Origin: a virus
DNA: 64,000 nucleotides
IMG/VR virus record: IMGVR_UViG_3300031965_000003
Coordinates: 5,350-69,349 of that record
Reading direction: 5' to 3' (one strand)
Every line of letters begins with the position of its first letter. Position 1 is the stretch's first letter. The notes beneath the pieces were generated by a model, which saw only the letters and a program-made list of their open reading frames with translations, was not told where the DNA came from and made no database searches. A program made the translations under genes and the position numbers. Shown piece after piece: positions 17,093 through 25,283 of the stretch.

Positions 17093-17284
17093 TTACAGCC
17101 CCATGCTCTCAAACCACTTGAACAGCCAGTTATCGAATCGCCCCCTGACGACGAAGAGAACGGCGGCAACGAGTCCTAGCGAGACGACAACCGTAGTCAA
17201 CGTCAGCAGATCCTCAGAGATGCCTGGTTTCTGATTGCGGTTCGGCTTCGGTGCAAAATCAGAGATCAGTATTTTTCTGCTCAT
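17093..17284 (-). CDS. Small membrane protein
   Basis: One hydrophobic helix LLTLTTVVVSLGLVAAVLFVV. Confidence 0.55.
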   Translation of the reverse strand: MSRKILISDFAPKPNRNQKPGISEDLLTLTTVVVSLGLVAAVLFVVRGRFDNWLFKWFESMGL

Positions 17285-17640
17285 TGTGACTCCAATTCTT
17301 TTAGTCGCTTTTCTCGTTCAGCTATCTCCGCGCGGAGCCTATCTATTTCGGCGGCTCGTTTCATTTTCGCGTCATATTCGAGTCGAGCTGTCTTTTGGAC
17401 TTCGGTCTCAATCGGCACCGCCGTAAAGTATTTGTCGCCACGAGGATCGGGACGAACCGTAATGGAGTCGAAGCCCATCTTTTTGCCCAGCTTCGCCCAT
17501 GCCGCGTTAGCGTTTTCTTGAGGACTAGGTGACCTATAGTCACCAATCATCATCACTCGCGTGGGCTTACTACAGGCGTCGAGCAACTCGGTCAAATCCT
17601 CTTCGGACATCTCGTATTGCACTCGTGGATTCACAGTCAT
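17281..17640 (-). CDS. Hypothetical phage protein
   Basis: 119-aa ORF with ATGA overlaps. Confidence 0.65.
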   Translation of the reverse strand: MTVNPRVQYEMSEEDLTELLDACSKPTRVMMIGDYRSPSPQENANAAWAKLGKKMGFDSITVRPDPRGDKYFTAVPIETEVQKTARLEYDAKMKRAAEIDRLRAEIAEREKRLKELESQ

Positions 17641-17728
17641 GCCCTCCGAACACTGAGCACGATTAATCTCTGATACGGTTTGAGATCGACAAGGCGGCGA
17701 CGACGGAAGATTAGTGAGAGCAGTTTCT

Positions 17729-18388
17729 TCATTCGCCCCTCCTCAGTCCCACCCCATGACAGGTCTCGCAGACATAGATCGGCATGCCAGAAATCCAGCC
17801 CCTGTGCCTGAGCGCCGCGTAGCATTCCGGACATGCCGCGCTTGGTCCCTTGTCGCCATGCAGAATCGGCTGACATTTTGTTTCTTCTTTGAGACTTGGA
17901 TTGCATTGGAGATTGATCGCCTCTTTATTTTTATAATAGTGCCGAAGCGCAGCTACTCTTGCGCAGGTACGACAGGTTCGTGCCCCAGTTACGTTAACGA
18001 AAACATTGTCACCGGAATATGGATGCCCATGAGGGCAATGCGTCTTGGCGAGTTTAGCCGCTATCGCCCGCTGTCGATTCTTCTCGGTAAACCCATTTCG
18101 GTGTTTCGCTTTTCGATCCGCCATATTGTCTTGATGTGTCCCAAGAAAAAGATGTTCGGGATTAACGCAATTACAAACATCGCAGTGATGGAGAACGTGG
18201 AGACCGTCTGTTATCGCGCCATGAGTCAATTCCCAGGCGATCCTGTGTGCTCTCACTGTTTTGCCCTTCCAATGCACCAATCCGTAGCGATGATCATTGC
18301 GGCCGCCAATGGCGCCGGTCCAGAGCCAACAATTCATGGTTTTATTGACGTAGTTCCAAAAATTATCGACGTTCATTTTTGACACCAT
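17729..18388 (-). CDS. HNH homing endonuclease
   Basis: CWLWTG...YG...RAHRIAWELTHG...VLHHCDVCNCVNPEHLFLGTHQDNMAD, then THCPHGHPY...CRTC; start trimmed. Confidence 0.88.
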   Translation of the reverse strand: MVSKMNVDNFWNYVNKTMNCWLWTGAIGGRNDHRYGLVHWKGKTVRAHRIAWELTHGAITDGLHVLHHCDVCNCVNPEHLFLGTHQDNMADRKAKHRNGFTEKNRQRAIAAKLAKTHCPHGHPYSGDNVFVNVTGARTCRTCARVAALRHYYKNKEAINLQCNPSLKEETKCQPILHGDKGPSAACPECYAALRHRGWISGMPIYVCETCHGVGLRRGE

Positions 18389-18659
18389 CGCTATGGATAA
18401 TCGGAAGTGCGTAGTTTTGAGCGAAATAAAAATTTTGAAGAATGTGATCGACCGAGTCCTGATCGCCACTGGCTACAGCCTTGACGAGTCTCGCCTTGAG
18501 GTCATCGAGACGAATGACCGGGATTTTGAGATCACGCTTCGGCTTCGGGTGCGGAGATTTGATCATGGGTGATTTCCGATTGAGTTGCCTACGCAGCACC
18601 CTGCTCTTGGGCGTTGATGATTTTCCGCGCTTTGCGGATGAGAGCCGAATGTCTGGCAT
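18363..18659 (-). CDS. Hypothetical basic protein
   Basis: ORF track; true start may be internal. Confidence 0.45.
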   Translation of the reverse strand: MPDIRLSSAKRGKSSTPKSRVLRRQLNRKSPMIKSPHPKPKRDLKIPVIRLDDLKARLVKAVASGDQDSVDHILQNFYFAQNYALPIIHSDGVKNERR

Positions 18660-18768
18660 AATAAGCAGCCGCTCGACATGCCCGACCGCAGTATTTCTGC
18701 CATTCGCTCACCGGCACAAATTCCCGCTTGCACCGTCTGCATTTTTTCGGCTTTACTTTTGGAATCAT
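18589..18768 (-). CDS. Small Zn-finger protein, first gene after internal promoter
   Basis: CRRCKREF...QKYCGRAC; ATG 18768 with GGAG RBS. Confidence 0.65.
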   Translation of the reverse strand: MIPKVKPKKCRRCKREFVPVSEWQKYCGRACRAAAYYARHSALIRKARKIINAQEQGAA

Positions 18769-18810
18769 AGTGGTACTCCTTAGCACGTGCGTCATAAATT
18801 CAAATGTTCT

Positions 18811-18848
18811 ATGACGTATGTAATACGTCATGTCGCATAGTTTGTCAA
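18811..18848 (-). promoter_or_regulatory. sigma70-like promoter with palindromic operator
   Basis: TTGACA (18843-18848), 17-nt spacer, TATTAC (18820-18825); perfect inverted repeat ATGACGTAT-GTA-ATACGTCAT at 18811-18831. Confidence 0.65.
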
Positions 18849-18883
18849 GGGGGTATTTAAAAAAATGTTGATGACGCAGATTT

Positions 18884-19141
18884 TCAATCAATTATTGGGC
18901 AATTGAGTAGCGCTGCATAGTGCGATTGTAATTGCACCGATTGTTCAAGCGCCGCATTGAGTCTCTCAATTGATACGATCCGTAAAGCCCAATAACCATC
19001 ACTGCGTTCAACCCATTCACCAAATTTAACGCTTCGACCTTGAGAGTTTTCGACTTCTATGAAGCGCCCGGATTCATGACTTGGCGGACCATCAAAAACG
19101 ATATCGATATAATCTATCGGCATGCGTTTTGTTTCGTTCAT
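18884..19141 (-). CDS. Hypothetical protein
   Basis: 85-aa ORF. Confidence 0.6.
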   Translation of the reverse strand: MNETKRMPIDYIDIVFDGPPSHESGRFIEVENSQGRSVKFGEWVERSDGYWALRIVSIERLNAALEQSVQLQSHYAALLNCPIID

Positions 19142-19551
19142 TTAAATCCTCGCTTTCTTTCTCTCCGATAGTCCGCTCGTTTACTCCCGACGTTGGCGTC
19201 CATATCGAGCTTGCGCATGTCGTAAAAACCCAAGCGTTCGCAGATTCTCATCATCTGGTGTGGGGTGTTTCGTAATTCATTAAATATCAGCGCCCCGGCA
19301 CAGTGAGGCGTTTCTTCCTTTGGCTGAAAGACTTCGAAGCCATCATCATCCTCGATGAGTTCGCAAGCCTTGTGACAACCGAATTCGCCGCTGGCATGTT
19401 CCACCAAACTAGCGAAAGTAAAGCCGCTGGTTTTCAGAAATGGGCATTCTTTACAGGGCGCCGTCATGGTGTAGTTCACGGGTCCTCGCTTTCTTTCTCG
19501 CGCCGGCTTAACGGACCGGCGCTGGAGGTTGACTAGACCTGCCGCTCCCAC
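19138..19551 (-). CDS. Cys-rich hypothetical protein (PCxxCPF...CHK...CAGA; DUF6283-like pattern)
   Basis: Motif pattern; real start probably near 19470. Confidence 0.55.
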   Translation of the reverse strand: MGAAGLVNLQRRSVKPARERKRGPVNYTMTAPCKECPFLKTSGFTFASLVEHASGEFGCHKACELIEDDDGFEVFQPKEETPHCAGALIFNELRNTPHQMMRICERLGFYDMRKLDMDANVGSKRADYRRERKRGFK

Positions 19552-19578
19552 TCGGACGGGAGGTCCGCCCGGAGGAAG

Positions 19579-19920
19579 TCAAAAAGTCAGCTCGTCAAAA
19601 TCCGGATGCTCGCCGGCACGCTTGAGCGCGAGACCGCGCTCCTTATCGAGCGACTCCAGTTTAGCGACTAAACCGGCGCCATCGATCGACCATTTTTCCG
19701 CGAGGCCATCGCCCTCGCAGGCATCGAGGATCTCGTGCGCTATCTGGCCGCCGAGACCGGGCCGGATCTGGTGGCCGGTAAACGCATCGACTAGATTGAG
19801 GTCTGCGTGAGACTCGTCGAGTATCGTACCGTTGAGCACGTCTAAGATTGCAGCTTTTTCGTTGCGGCTAAAATTAATCATCGGTGATACCCTCCCACGC
19901 TTCTGAAAATTCACGTTCAA
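19579..19920 (-). CDS. Hypothetical acidic protein
   Basis: ORF track; start probably ATG near 19882. Confidence 0.55.
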   Translation of the reverse strand: MNVNFQKRGRVSPMINFSRNEKAAILDVLNGTILDESHADLNLVDAFTGHQIRPGLGGQIAHEILDACEGDGLAEKWSIDGAGLVAKLESLDKERGLALKRAGEHPDFDELTF

Positions 19921-20515
19921 AAAATAAAGAGGCTAGACCAGAGACTTGTTTTAGCCGGATCACTTCATCCCGGTCAAGACCGACTTCGCGAGATATTTTT
20001 TCATCGCTCCAATTGCGGCGGACCAGATCTACCACAATCGCGCTCATGGCATCCACCTGATGTTTGCCACGTGCCCGATTGTGTCGGATAGTAGATGCTA
20101 TCCGATCGCCACGATCAGTGCGCTCATCATTGATCACCGTGATTGGCAAACGACCGTGGACACGATCCTTGATTACAGCCACTTCACGGCCAACGCGGTT
20201 GCGATGGAACCCGTCAACCACTTCATAATCATTTTCCTCTCTGAAGGTAACAATCGGCTGAGTGTAACCGTCCTCTTCGATTGATGTCTGCAACAGGCGC
20301 ATCTCTGGGCTAGCCACGCGGTTTGGGTTGTAATCGTTAGCGCGCACCAGCTCCTGTTTCACCCAAAGAACGCAGTCCACCGGCTCATGTTTCAGCGGAC
20401 TGTACTCACGCAGCATGAGTTTGATTTCATTGATTGCGTCAATACGAGCATCATCATCTAATTCGCGCAACCCTTGTAGCGCAGAGGCTACTATGTCGAT
20501 TAGATTGTCCCCCAT
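19874..20515 (-). CDS. ibrB: IbrB-like ParB/Srx domain protein
   Basis: HEPVDCVLWV, ANDYNPNRVASPEMRLL..SIEEDGYTQPIV, VVDGFHR, ASTIRHNRARGKH. Confidence 0.88.
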   Translation of the reverse strand: MGDNLIDIVASALQGLRELDDDARIDAINEIKLMLREYSPLKHEPVDCVLWVKQELVRANDYNPNRVASPEMRLLQTSIEEDGYTQPIVTFREENDYEVVDGFHRNRVGREVAVIKDRVHGRLPITVINDERTDRGDRIASTIRHNRARGKHQVDAMSAIVVDLVRRNWSDEKISREVGLDRDEVIRLKQVSGLASLFFEREFSEAWEGITDD

Positions 20516-21705
20516 CGCATCCTCCGTTTTTTCATAATCTTTCGATAGCGCTCGTAGGCTTGACTATTGGTCTGGGTAAAGCTCAGACCTTTAAACCAGT
20601 AGTCGTTGCGCAATAGCGCTTTACATATACGCCGCCAGGACGGGGCTTTATGTTGAGCTTCCAATTTAGGATCGGCCTCATCGGGGATTCCGCTCTGGTA
20701 GCCGCGATCTCCATACCAGTGCAGAAACACGGCGATTTTGTTTTCGTAGTGATCCTTCGATCCCGCCGGCATTGTAGCGAGTAAAAATTTAGCGAAGCTC
20801 TCCCATGTATGATTTTCAGGCTTGCTGATTTTTAATCGACCGAGAATGTTGCCGCTCTCACGCGCATATAGAGCGCCGGAATTGGCGCCAGCCACACGCG
20901 CCACGACTTTGCCCCAGGTCTCCGGCTCGATGACATGATACAGCCAAAGACCTTTGCGCTGGTCATCTCCATAAGGCTGGCAGATACGCATCTGATGGAT
21001 AGTCAAACCGGCCTGATACATGCGGTCGTAGAGAGCGTTATAACAGACACCTTCCCGCGCCGTGTAGGTCCACAGATCCTCGGTGCGCCAATCATAGATT
21101 GGATAGATATTATAGACCGCGCCGCTTTTCCATGTCGTCCATTGTTTGTCATCGAAGCGCGTCTTGTCCGCGATCAACGTGCGAAACCGATTAAGCGATT
21201 CGTCCGCGCGAATGCCGACGAAACAGGCGGTCAGTTTATTCCCGCCGTACCAGTGGCCGAAAAACTCCACAAACTCCTCGAACTCCATGCCTCGATGAAA
21301 AAATGGGAACATCGATCCGTCGGTTATTGCGAGCTTTGGCGGCTGGCGCACCCAATCATCGCGCCGGTTCGGGTCCCAGCATTGCCAGCGTGGCTCGATC
21401 ATGCTGACGGCGTTGCGCAGGTTGATAGGCAGGGCGATCCAGTACGGCTCGATCTGATTTTTATAAATATTATAGCAGCGCTCAGCATGCGTCATCGTCA
21501 GTTTGTATTGCGCTTCAAGATCGATCAGCAGCAGTCCGACTTTGCGGTTGCGTTTCTTGGCCTCGGCCATAACCAAGTGCAGCATCACAGTGGAGTCTTT
21601 GCCCGCCGAAAAACTCAAGTAAACTTTCTCGAACGTGTCGAACACCCACGATATCCGCTGTCGCACTGCGGTCAACACGTCTAGGCCGAGCGGACGCTTA
21701 GGCAT
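20500..21705 (-). CDS. ibrA: IbrA-like PAPS-reductase/PP-loop protein with DUF3440
   Basis: SFSAGKDS PP-loop, VGIRADESLNR, YPIYDW, MRICQPYGDDQRKGL, PSWRRICKALLRNDYW. Confidence 0.9.
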   Translation of the reverse strand: MPKRPLGLDVLTAVRQRISWVFDTFEKVYLSFSAGKDSTVMLHLVMAEAKKRNRKVGLLLIDLEAQYKLTMTHAERCYNIYKNQIEPYWIALPINLRNAVSMIEPRWQCWDPNRRDDWVRQPPKLAITDGSMFPFFHRGMEFEEFVEFFGHWYGGNKLTACFVGIRADESLNRFRTLIADKTRFDDKQWTTWKSGAVYNIYPIYDWRTEDLWTYTAREGVCYNALYDRMYQAGLTIHQMRICQPYGDDQRKGLWLYHVIEPETWGKVVARVAGANSGALYARESGNILGRLKISKPENHTWESFAKFLLATMPAGSKDHYENKIAVFLHWYGDRGYQSGIPDEADPKLEAQHKAPSWRRICKALLRNDYWFKGLSFTQTNSQAYERYRKIMKKRRMRWGTI

Positions 21706-22067
21706 CGCATCACCTCGTCGCGCGACAGCGTTTCTTTTTCAAAGCCGTTGTACCGGCAAAAATATCGGTTGAACTTTTTCCAGCCGAGAGGTTCGTGAAC
21801 CTCGTAAATCTTGCCGTCATCGAGAATAAAGTGCAGATACACACCGCGCGATGCCGCCCCATTAGATTGAGAATAGTCTTTGGCTCCTCTAAGGAACTGC
21901 CGATCAAACCCGCGCTGCGAGTCGAGCCCTTTAATCTCCGCTACCCAAGGCCGCTGAGGCAGCGGCCGGAATAGATGTTTCGGCGGAGTCAGTCCATGTT
22001 TTTTGTGCATGGAAATCTCGTAGTGACGATTCTCCGCGACGAATTCCAAGCCGAGCGAATGTTTCAT
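21681..22067 (-). CDS. Hypothetical protein directly upstream of ibrA
   Basis: PWVAEIKGLD...RQFLRGAKDYSQSN...SRGVYLHFIL; overlaps the ibrA start. Confidence 0.7.
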   Translation of the reverse strand: MKHSLGLEFVAENRHYEISMHKKHGLTPPKHLFRPLPQRPWVAEIKGLDSQRGFDRQFLRGAKDYSQSNGAASRGVYLHFILDDGKIYEVHEPLGWKKFNRYFCRYNGFEKETLSRDEVMRCLSVRSA

Positions 22068-22675
22068 CTCGCCCCTCCCGGCGCCGGCAAGGCGAGAGCT
22101 TTGGCCGCGCCATCGATCAAGCCTGCCATCTTTTTATATTCAAGGCTCATCGATTGAAACTGCCCCCCCGTCTCCTGCGCGAGTAATCGTAAAAACTCCT
22201 CGCCGGCATGAGGTCTAGGCCCAACATAAAAAACATCAATTTGGACACCCCGGCTTTGCATCTGGCGGGCCTCGGCGAGCGCCGCGCTGGTGTCATCAGG
22301 GAGGCCATCGCTGATTAACACACAATGTTTTGCCCCCTTTTGCCGCGCGCTCGCCAGCGCTTCGTGCAACGGAGTCGATCCCCGTGGCTCTGGGATGTAA
22401 TCCGCGACATGCTCGCCACGGCCATTCCACGGATCGGGAAAAATAATCTGAGTAAATCCAACGCGCTGTCGCAACGCAGTGACGATCTCGCGCAGTGCGT
22501 CGATTTTCGCGCGCCCAGGCTCTACATAATCAGCCATAGATCCTGAGCAGTCGAGCAGTAAAAAAGAGTGGTTTGCCTGCTCTGCGCGGCGCTGTTGTTG
22601 TTGCCTGTCTCTGACGGTCTCAGAGAGGGATTTTCTTTGCAGAGAATTTTGCAATTTGGCGACTAAATCGGTCAT
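22064..22675 (-). CDS. von Willebrand factor A domain protein
   Basis: MIDAS motif LLLDCSGSM...GSTPLHEAL...LISDGLPD. Confidence 0.9.
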   Translation of the reverse strand: MTDLVAKLQNSLQRKSLSETVRDRQQQQRRAEQANHSFLLLDCSGSMADYVEPGRAKIDALREIVTALRQRVGFTQIIFPDPWNGRGEHVADYIPEPRGSTPLHEALASARQKGAKHCVLISDGLPDDTSAALAEARQMQSRGVQIDVFYVGPRPHAGEEFLRLLAQETGGQFQSMSLEYKKMAGLIDGAAKALALPAPGGAR

Positions 22676-22683
22676 GACTCCTC

Positions 22684-23436
22684 CTATAGCGCAAGTGCAA
22701 CGGCCTTTTTGATCGCCGCTTTCAGCGCTGTCGCGCCTTCCGCATCCGTGCCGGGCCGAAACGCCAACTCTTTGAGTTTCTGATAGGTCGCCCAGGCTGA
22801 CTCTGCCTCGGTATTCAGTTCGCCCGTCTCCGCGCGATGGATAATCAAGTCCTCTAGTGCGAGCAACGCCGCGAGTTCCTTCCCGTCAGAATTTAACCCG
22901 GCGGCTTCGGATGATGGCGCATCGGCCACGGGCGCCGATTGCGCGCCAGACTGCTCGATGATTTGATAATCCCACGCCGGTTGATCTTTCAGGGCGATGC
23001 CGCGCGGGACATCGCGAATTTCCACTATTGCGTTTTTTGCGACGATCGCGGGATTTTTGCGCGAGCCGCCACTACCAAGATCACCATCACTAACGATCAC
23101 GCCCGTCCCCAAGCGCACGCCGCCGTCGCGGCCATACTTGAGTTGCGCAATTTGCCTGCCGGCGACAAACAAGGAATCGTAATGACCGTTGATCCCGATG
23201 CGGATCGTCACTAGATCAACTGCCGCCTCGGTCCCGTCAACACCGAATATTTCTCGGCACAGTCCCCTGACTCGCGCCTCGTCTCGCGGATCAAACGACC
23301 ATTCTCGGCTCTCAGCCTGCCAAGTGCCGCCTAATTTTTTTGCCGCTGCGGGGAAATCGGGGTGATAAGGGCTGGAGATGCGGAGACGTTGACGACCATC
23401 TTTTAGGACGACCGTCCGATAATTGATATTTGACAT
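22684..23436 (-). CDS. Hypothetical phage early protein
   Basis: SPYHPDFPAAAKKLGGTW...WSF N-terminal module; GGAGG RBS. Confidence 0.7.
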   Translation of the reverse strand: MSNINYRTVVLKDGRQRLRISSPYHPDFPAAAKKLGGTWQAESREWSFDPRDEARVRGLCREIFGVDGTEAAVDLVTIRIGINGHYDSLFVAGRQIAQLKYGRDGGVRLGTGVIVSDGDLGSGGSRKNPAIVAKNAIVEIRDVPRGIALKDQPAWDYQIIEQSGAQSAPVADAPSSEAAGLNSDGKELAALLALEDLIIHRAETGELNTEAESAWATYQKLKELAFRPGTDAEGATALKAAIKKAVALAL

Positions 23437-23447
23437 GGTATCCTCCC

Positions 23448-23474
23448 CGCTCCGGGTCAGCGGAGCGTTTTTTT
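23448..23474 (+). terminator. Hairpin with T7 tail (plus-strand terminator; on the minus strand it overlaps an RBS)
   Basis: CGCTCCG-GGTCAG-CGGAGCG followed by TTTTTTT. Confidence 0.55.
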
Positions 23475-23479
23475 AGGCT

Positions 23480-23497
23480 CGGTTAGCTCCGGGCGGG
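23480..23497. repeat. Early-region leader motif, copy 1 (minus strand CCCGCCCGGAGCTAACCG)
   Basis: Shared with 24964-24991 and 25284-25311; the 11-nt core also occurs at 24038-24048. Confidence 0.85.
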
Positions 23498-23498
23498 C

Positions 23499-23533
23499 GA
23501 GTGAACGACGACCTGAAGAAAAGGGATTAAGAC
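23499..23533 (+). CRISPR. Solitary CRISPR-like repeat unit B
   Basis: GAGTGAACGACGACCTGAAGAAAAGGGATTAAGAC; differs from unit A by one substitution and one A deletion. Confidence 0.7.
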
Positions 23534-23569
23534 CATGCTGCACACTCACCGCGTGGCAATAACACGTCT

Positions 23570-23854
23570 TCATTCCTCCAAGAGCAAGAAGCCTTCTGGG
23601 CGATCATTTTTTGCATTATTAAAGTAGATTCTGGTTGTCATACAATTCCGATCAAATGTAAGCGATTTGGTTTTCAGAGTTTTACAACCGACCCAACCGC
23701 TATGTTTCAGGGCACGCATTATGGTTTTATTGTCACAATCCTGATCATCGGGTAAGGTACAAACATGAGATGTTTTTAACACATTAAAAACGTTCCACCC
23801 GTCCTTTTTGGACCCCCATTTTTCATAGATGTAAACTCTCCATGTCCGTTTCAT
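23570..23854 (-). CDS. Hypothetical protein
   Basis: 94-aa ORF in early operon. Confidence 0.65.
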   Translation of the reverse strand: MKRTWRVYIYEKWGSKKDGWNVFNVLKTSHVCTLPDDQDCDNKTIMRALKHSGWVGCKTLKTKSLTFDRNCMTTRIYFNNAKNDRPEGFLLLEE

Positions 23855-24036
23855 GTTAATTGCTCCTTACTCCTTAGTTGACTAATTTGACGTTGTGCAT
23901 ATTGCCAAATCAAACGTTCAGTGCAGTGAGCTTCCAGCATCTGCGACATGGCCGTTGCTAAAGCTTTCGCAGCACACTCACCATGTGTGGACGCCATTAT
24001 TTCCGCATAATAGTTAAATTTTTCATCTACATTCAT
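23851..24036 (-). CDS. Hypothetical protein
   Basis: ATG 24036 preceded by CCCGGAGCTAAA. Confidence 0.6.
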   Translation of the reverse strand: MNVDEKFNYYAEIMASTHGECAAKALATAMSQMLEAHCTERLIWQYAQRQISQLRSKEQLT

Positions 24037-24055
24037 TTTAGCTCCGGGTAGGCTA

Positions 24056-24406
24056 TTATATTTCCGAGATAACGTAGGTAATCGCCGGGCCTGCAATTGC
24101 TCGTAGACGATCAATACCTAGCTCAACCCCTCGATCTGCTGGGGTCAAAGCTAGCGGTATCTCAGTAACGCTAGCCGCCAATACGGCTAGTGACAGTGGG
24201 AGCACGCCAACCACGTGGCATGCCTCTACATCGTCAGGCTCCGCGTGAGCAATCACGCGAGCATTGTCAGTGACAAGCCCGCGCTCTCGCAGTAGCTCAA
24301 CGAGCGCCGGGTGACGAGTTACCACTACCACGGGCGCGCACGGTGCGCCGGCATCCGGTACGATGCCGCAAAAACGGCATCGACCGTTAGTAAATTTGTG
24401 TTTCAT
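24056..24406 (-). CDS. Csx16 (VVA1548)-family protein; candidate cyclic-oligoadenylate ring nuclease / anti-CRISPR
   Basis: VVVVTRHPALVELLRERG...VIAHAEPDDV...VVGVLPLSLA...LALTPADRGVEL matches recalled Csx16 consensus (SRHPGAIEWL..QG...VAHLD..D...VIGTLPVHLA...LDLP..LRG.EL) along its length. Confidence 0.78.
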   Translation of the reverse strand: MKHKFTNGRCRFCGIVPDAGAPCAPVVVVTRHPALVELLRERGLVTDNARVIAHAEPDDVEACHVVGVLPLSLAVLAASVTEIPLALTPADRGVELGIDRLRAIAGPAITYVISEI

Positions 24407-24422
24407 TTTCTTCTTGTTCTCC

Positions 24423-24728
24423 TTATTCTGTTTCCGCGGCGACAGCGTCGCTGAGCTTTTTCCGCTCGGCGGCTGTTAATTGCCGGATGCCGCCACGCTC
24501 GGTCTGGATCGCCGCGCTCTCGTACTGCGATTGTCCGCTTGATGCCACCAAGCGGACCACCTCCCTAAAACCCTGAGCCCGCACGGTCTGGCATAGATCA
24601 TCCCAGACAACCCACGCCTTATCGTGGATAGAGCGGGCTGGTTTAACCACTGTCACGGTCGCTGCTGTCGCGGGCAGAGGACTGCCAGGTCGCCACCCCG
24701 GCGGCGGTATTGTAGTAATTTTTATCAT
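24423..24728 (-). CDS. Hypothetical protein
   Basis: 101-aa ORF. Confidence 0.55.
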   Translation of the reverse strand: MIKITTIPPPGWRPGSPLPATAATVTVVKPARSIHDKAWVVWDDLCQTVRAQGFREVVRLVASSGQSQYESAAIQTERGGIRQLTAAERKKLSDAVAAETE

Positions 24729-24952
24729 TCTATTGTTCTTTTATTATAATATTCCGTAATGGAGCCTGGGTTGCCTAACCCCTCCCACTCCTCCCATAGA
24801 CAAGCCGCTGCGCGGGTAGCTGCTGTGGCATCCACGCTAGCCGCGATTGCCGAGATCGCGGCTAGATTGGCATCGCTGATCCAGCTGCGGCAGAGGGAGA
24901 CTGCCTCCCTCACGCCGATCCCTGCCGCGGTCAGGTCTAATACGTTAAACAT
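24725..24952 (-). CDS. Hypothetical protein
   Basis: GGAGG RBS directly after the leader hairpin. Confidence 0.6.
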   Translation of the reverse strand: MFNVLDLTAAGIGVREAVSLCRSWISDANLAAISAIAASVDATAATRAAACLWEEWEGLGNPGSITEYYNKRTIE

Positions 24953-24963
24953 TTCGTTCCTCC

Positions 24964-24991
24964 GTTCTCGGCCCGGTTAGCTCCGGGCGGG
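24964..24991. repeat. 28-bp direct repeat / leader hairpin, copy 2
   Basis: GTTCTCGGCCCGGTTAGCTCCGGGCGGG, identical to 25284-25311. Confidence 0.92.
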
Positions 24992-25011
24992 CTTGCTGGT
25001 GCGCTCCATTA

Positions 25012-25251
25012 TCAATCCAATCCTCGCGCAACAAATCCGCGTTGCGCCAACGGGACACAAATATGATCCTCACACGCGCCATTGACGACGCGGTAGATAG
25101 CTCCGCAGTCCTTGCAGGAGAGCGAGCCGTACTTAGTCGTCCGCGCCACATCATTATTTTTTAGGATATCAAACTCGGCCTTCCGCGCCGCCCAGCAACA
25201 TGGGCGCTGTGGGTCGTCAGTGTTACAAAAATGTCGGTATTTGCGTTCCAT
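25012..25251 (-). CDS. Hypothetical Cys-rich protein flanked by 28-bp repeats
   Basis: GGAGGAGG RBS; CC, CKDC, C..H.C. Confidence 0.65.
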   Translation of the reverse strand: MERKYRHFCNTDDPQRPCCWAARKAEFDILKNNDVARTTKYGSLSCKDCGAIYRVVNGACEDHICVPLAQRGFVARGLD

Positions 25252-25283
25252 TTTGTCCTCCTCCGCTCCGGTCGGGGAGCGTT

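Noticed and set aside
17637-18659. Duplicated host N-terminus around the second HNH gene
   Set aside because: Unlike the HNH at 14185, no matching peptide was found on both sides.
19480-19580. GC-rich hairpin cluster, including an inverted 10-nt match to the early leader motif
   Set aside because: The stems are short and the match is in the opposite orientation, which is plausible by chance at this GC content.
15110-23533. Calling the two 35-36-nt repeats a CRISPR array
   Set aside because: They are 8,353 nt apart with many genes between them, and I found no third copy; they are reported as solitary units.
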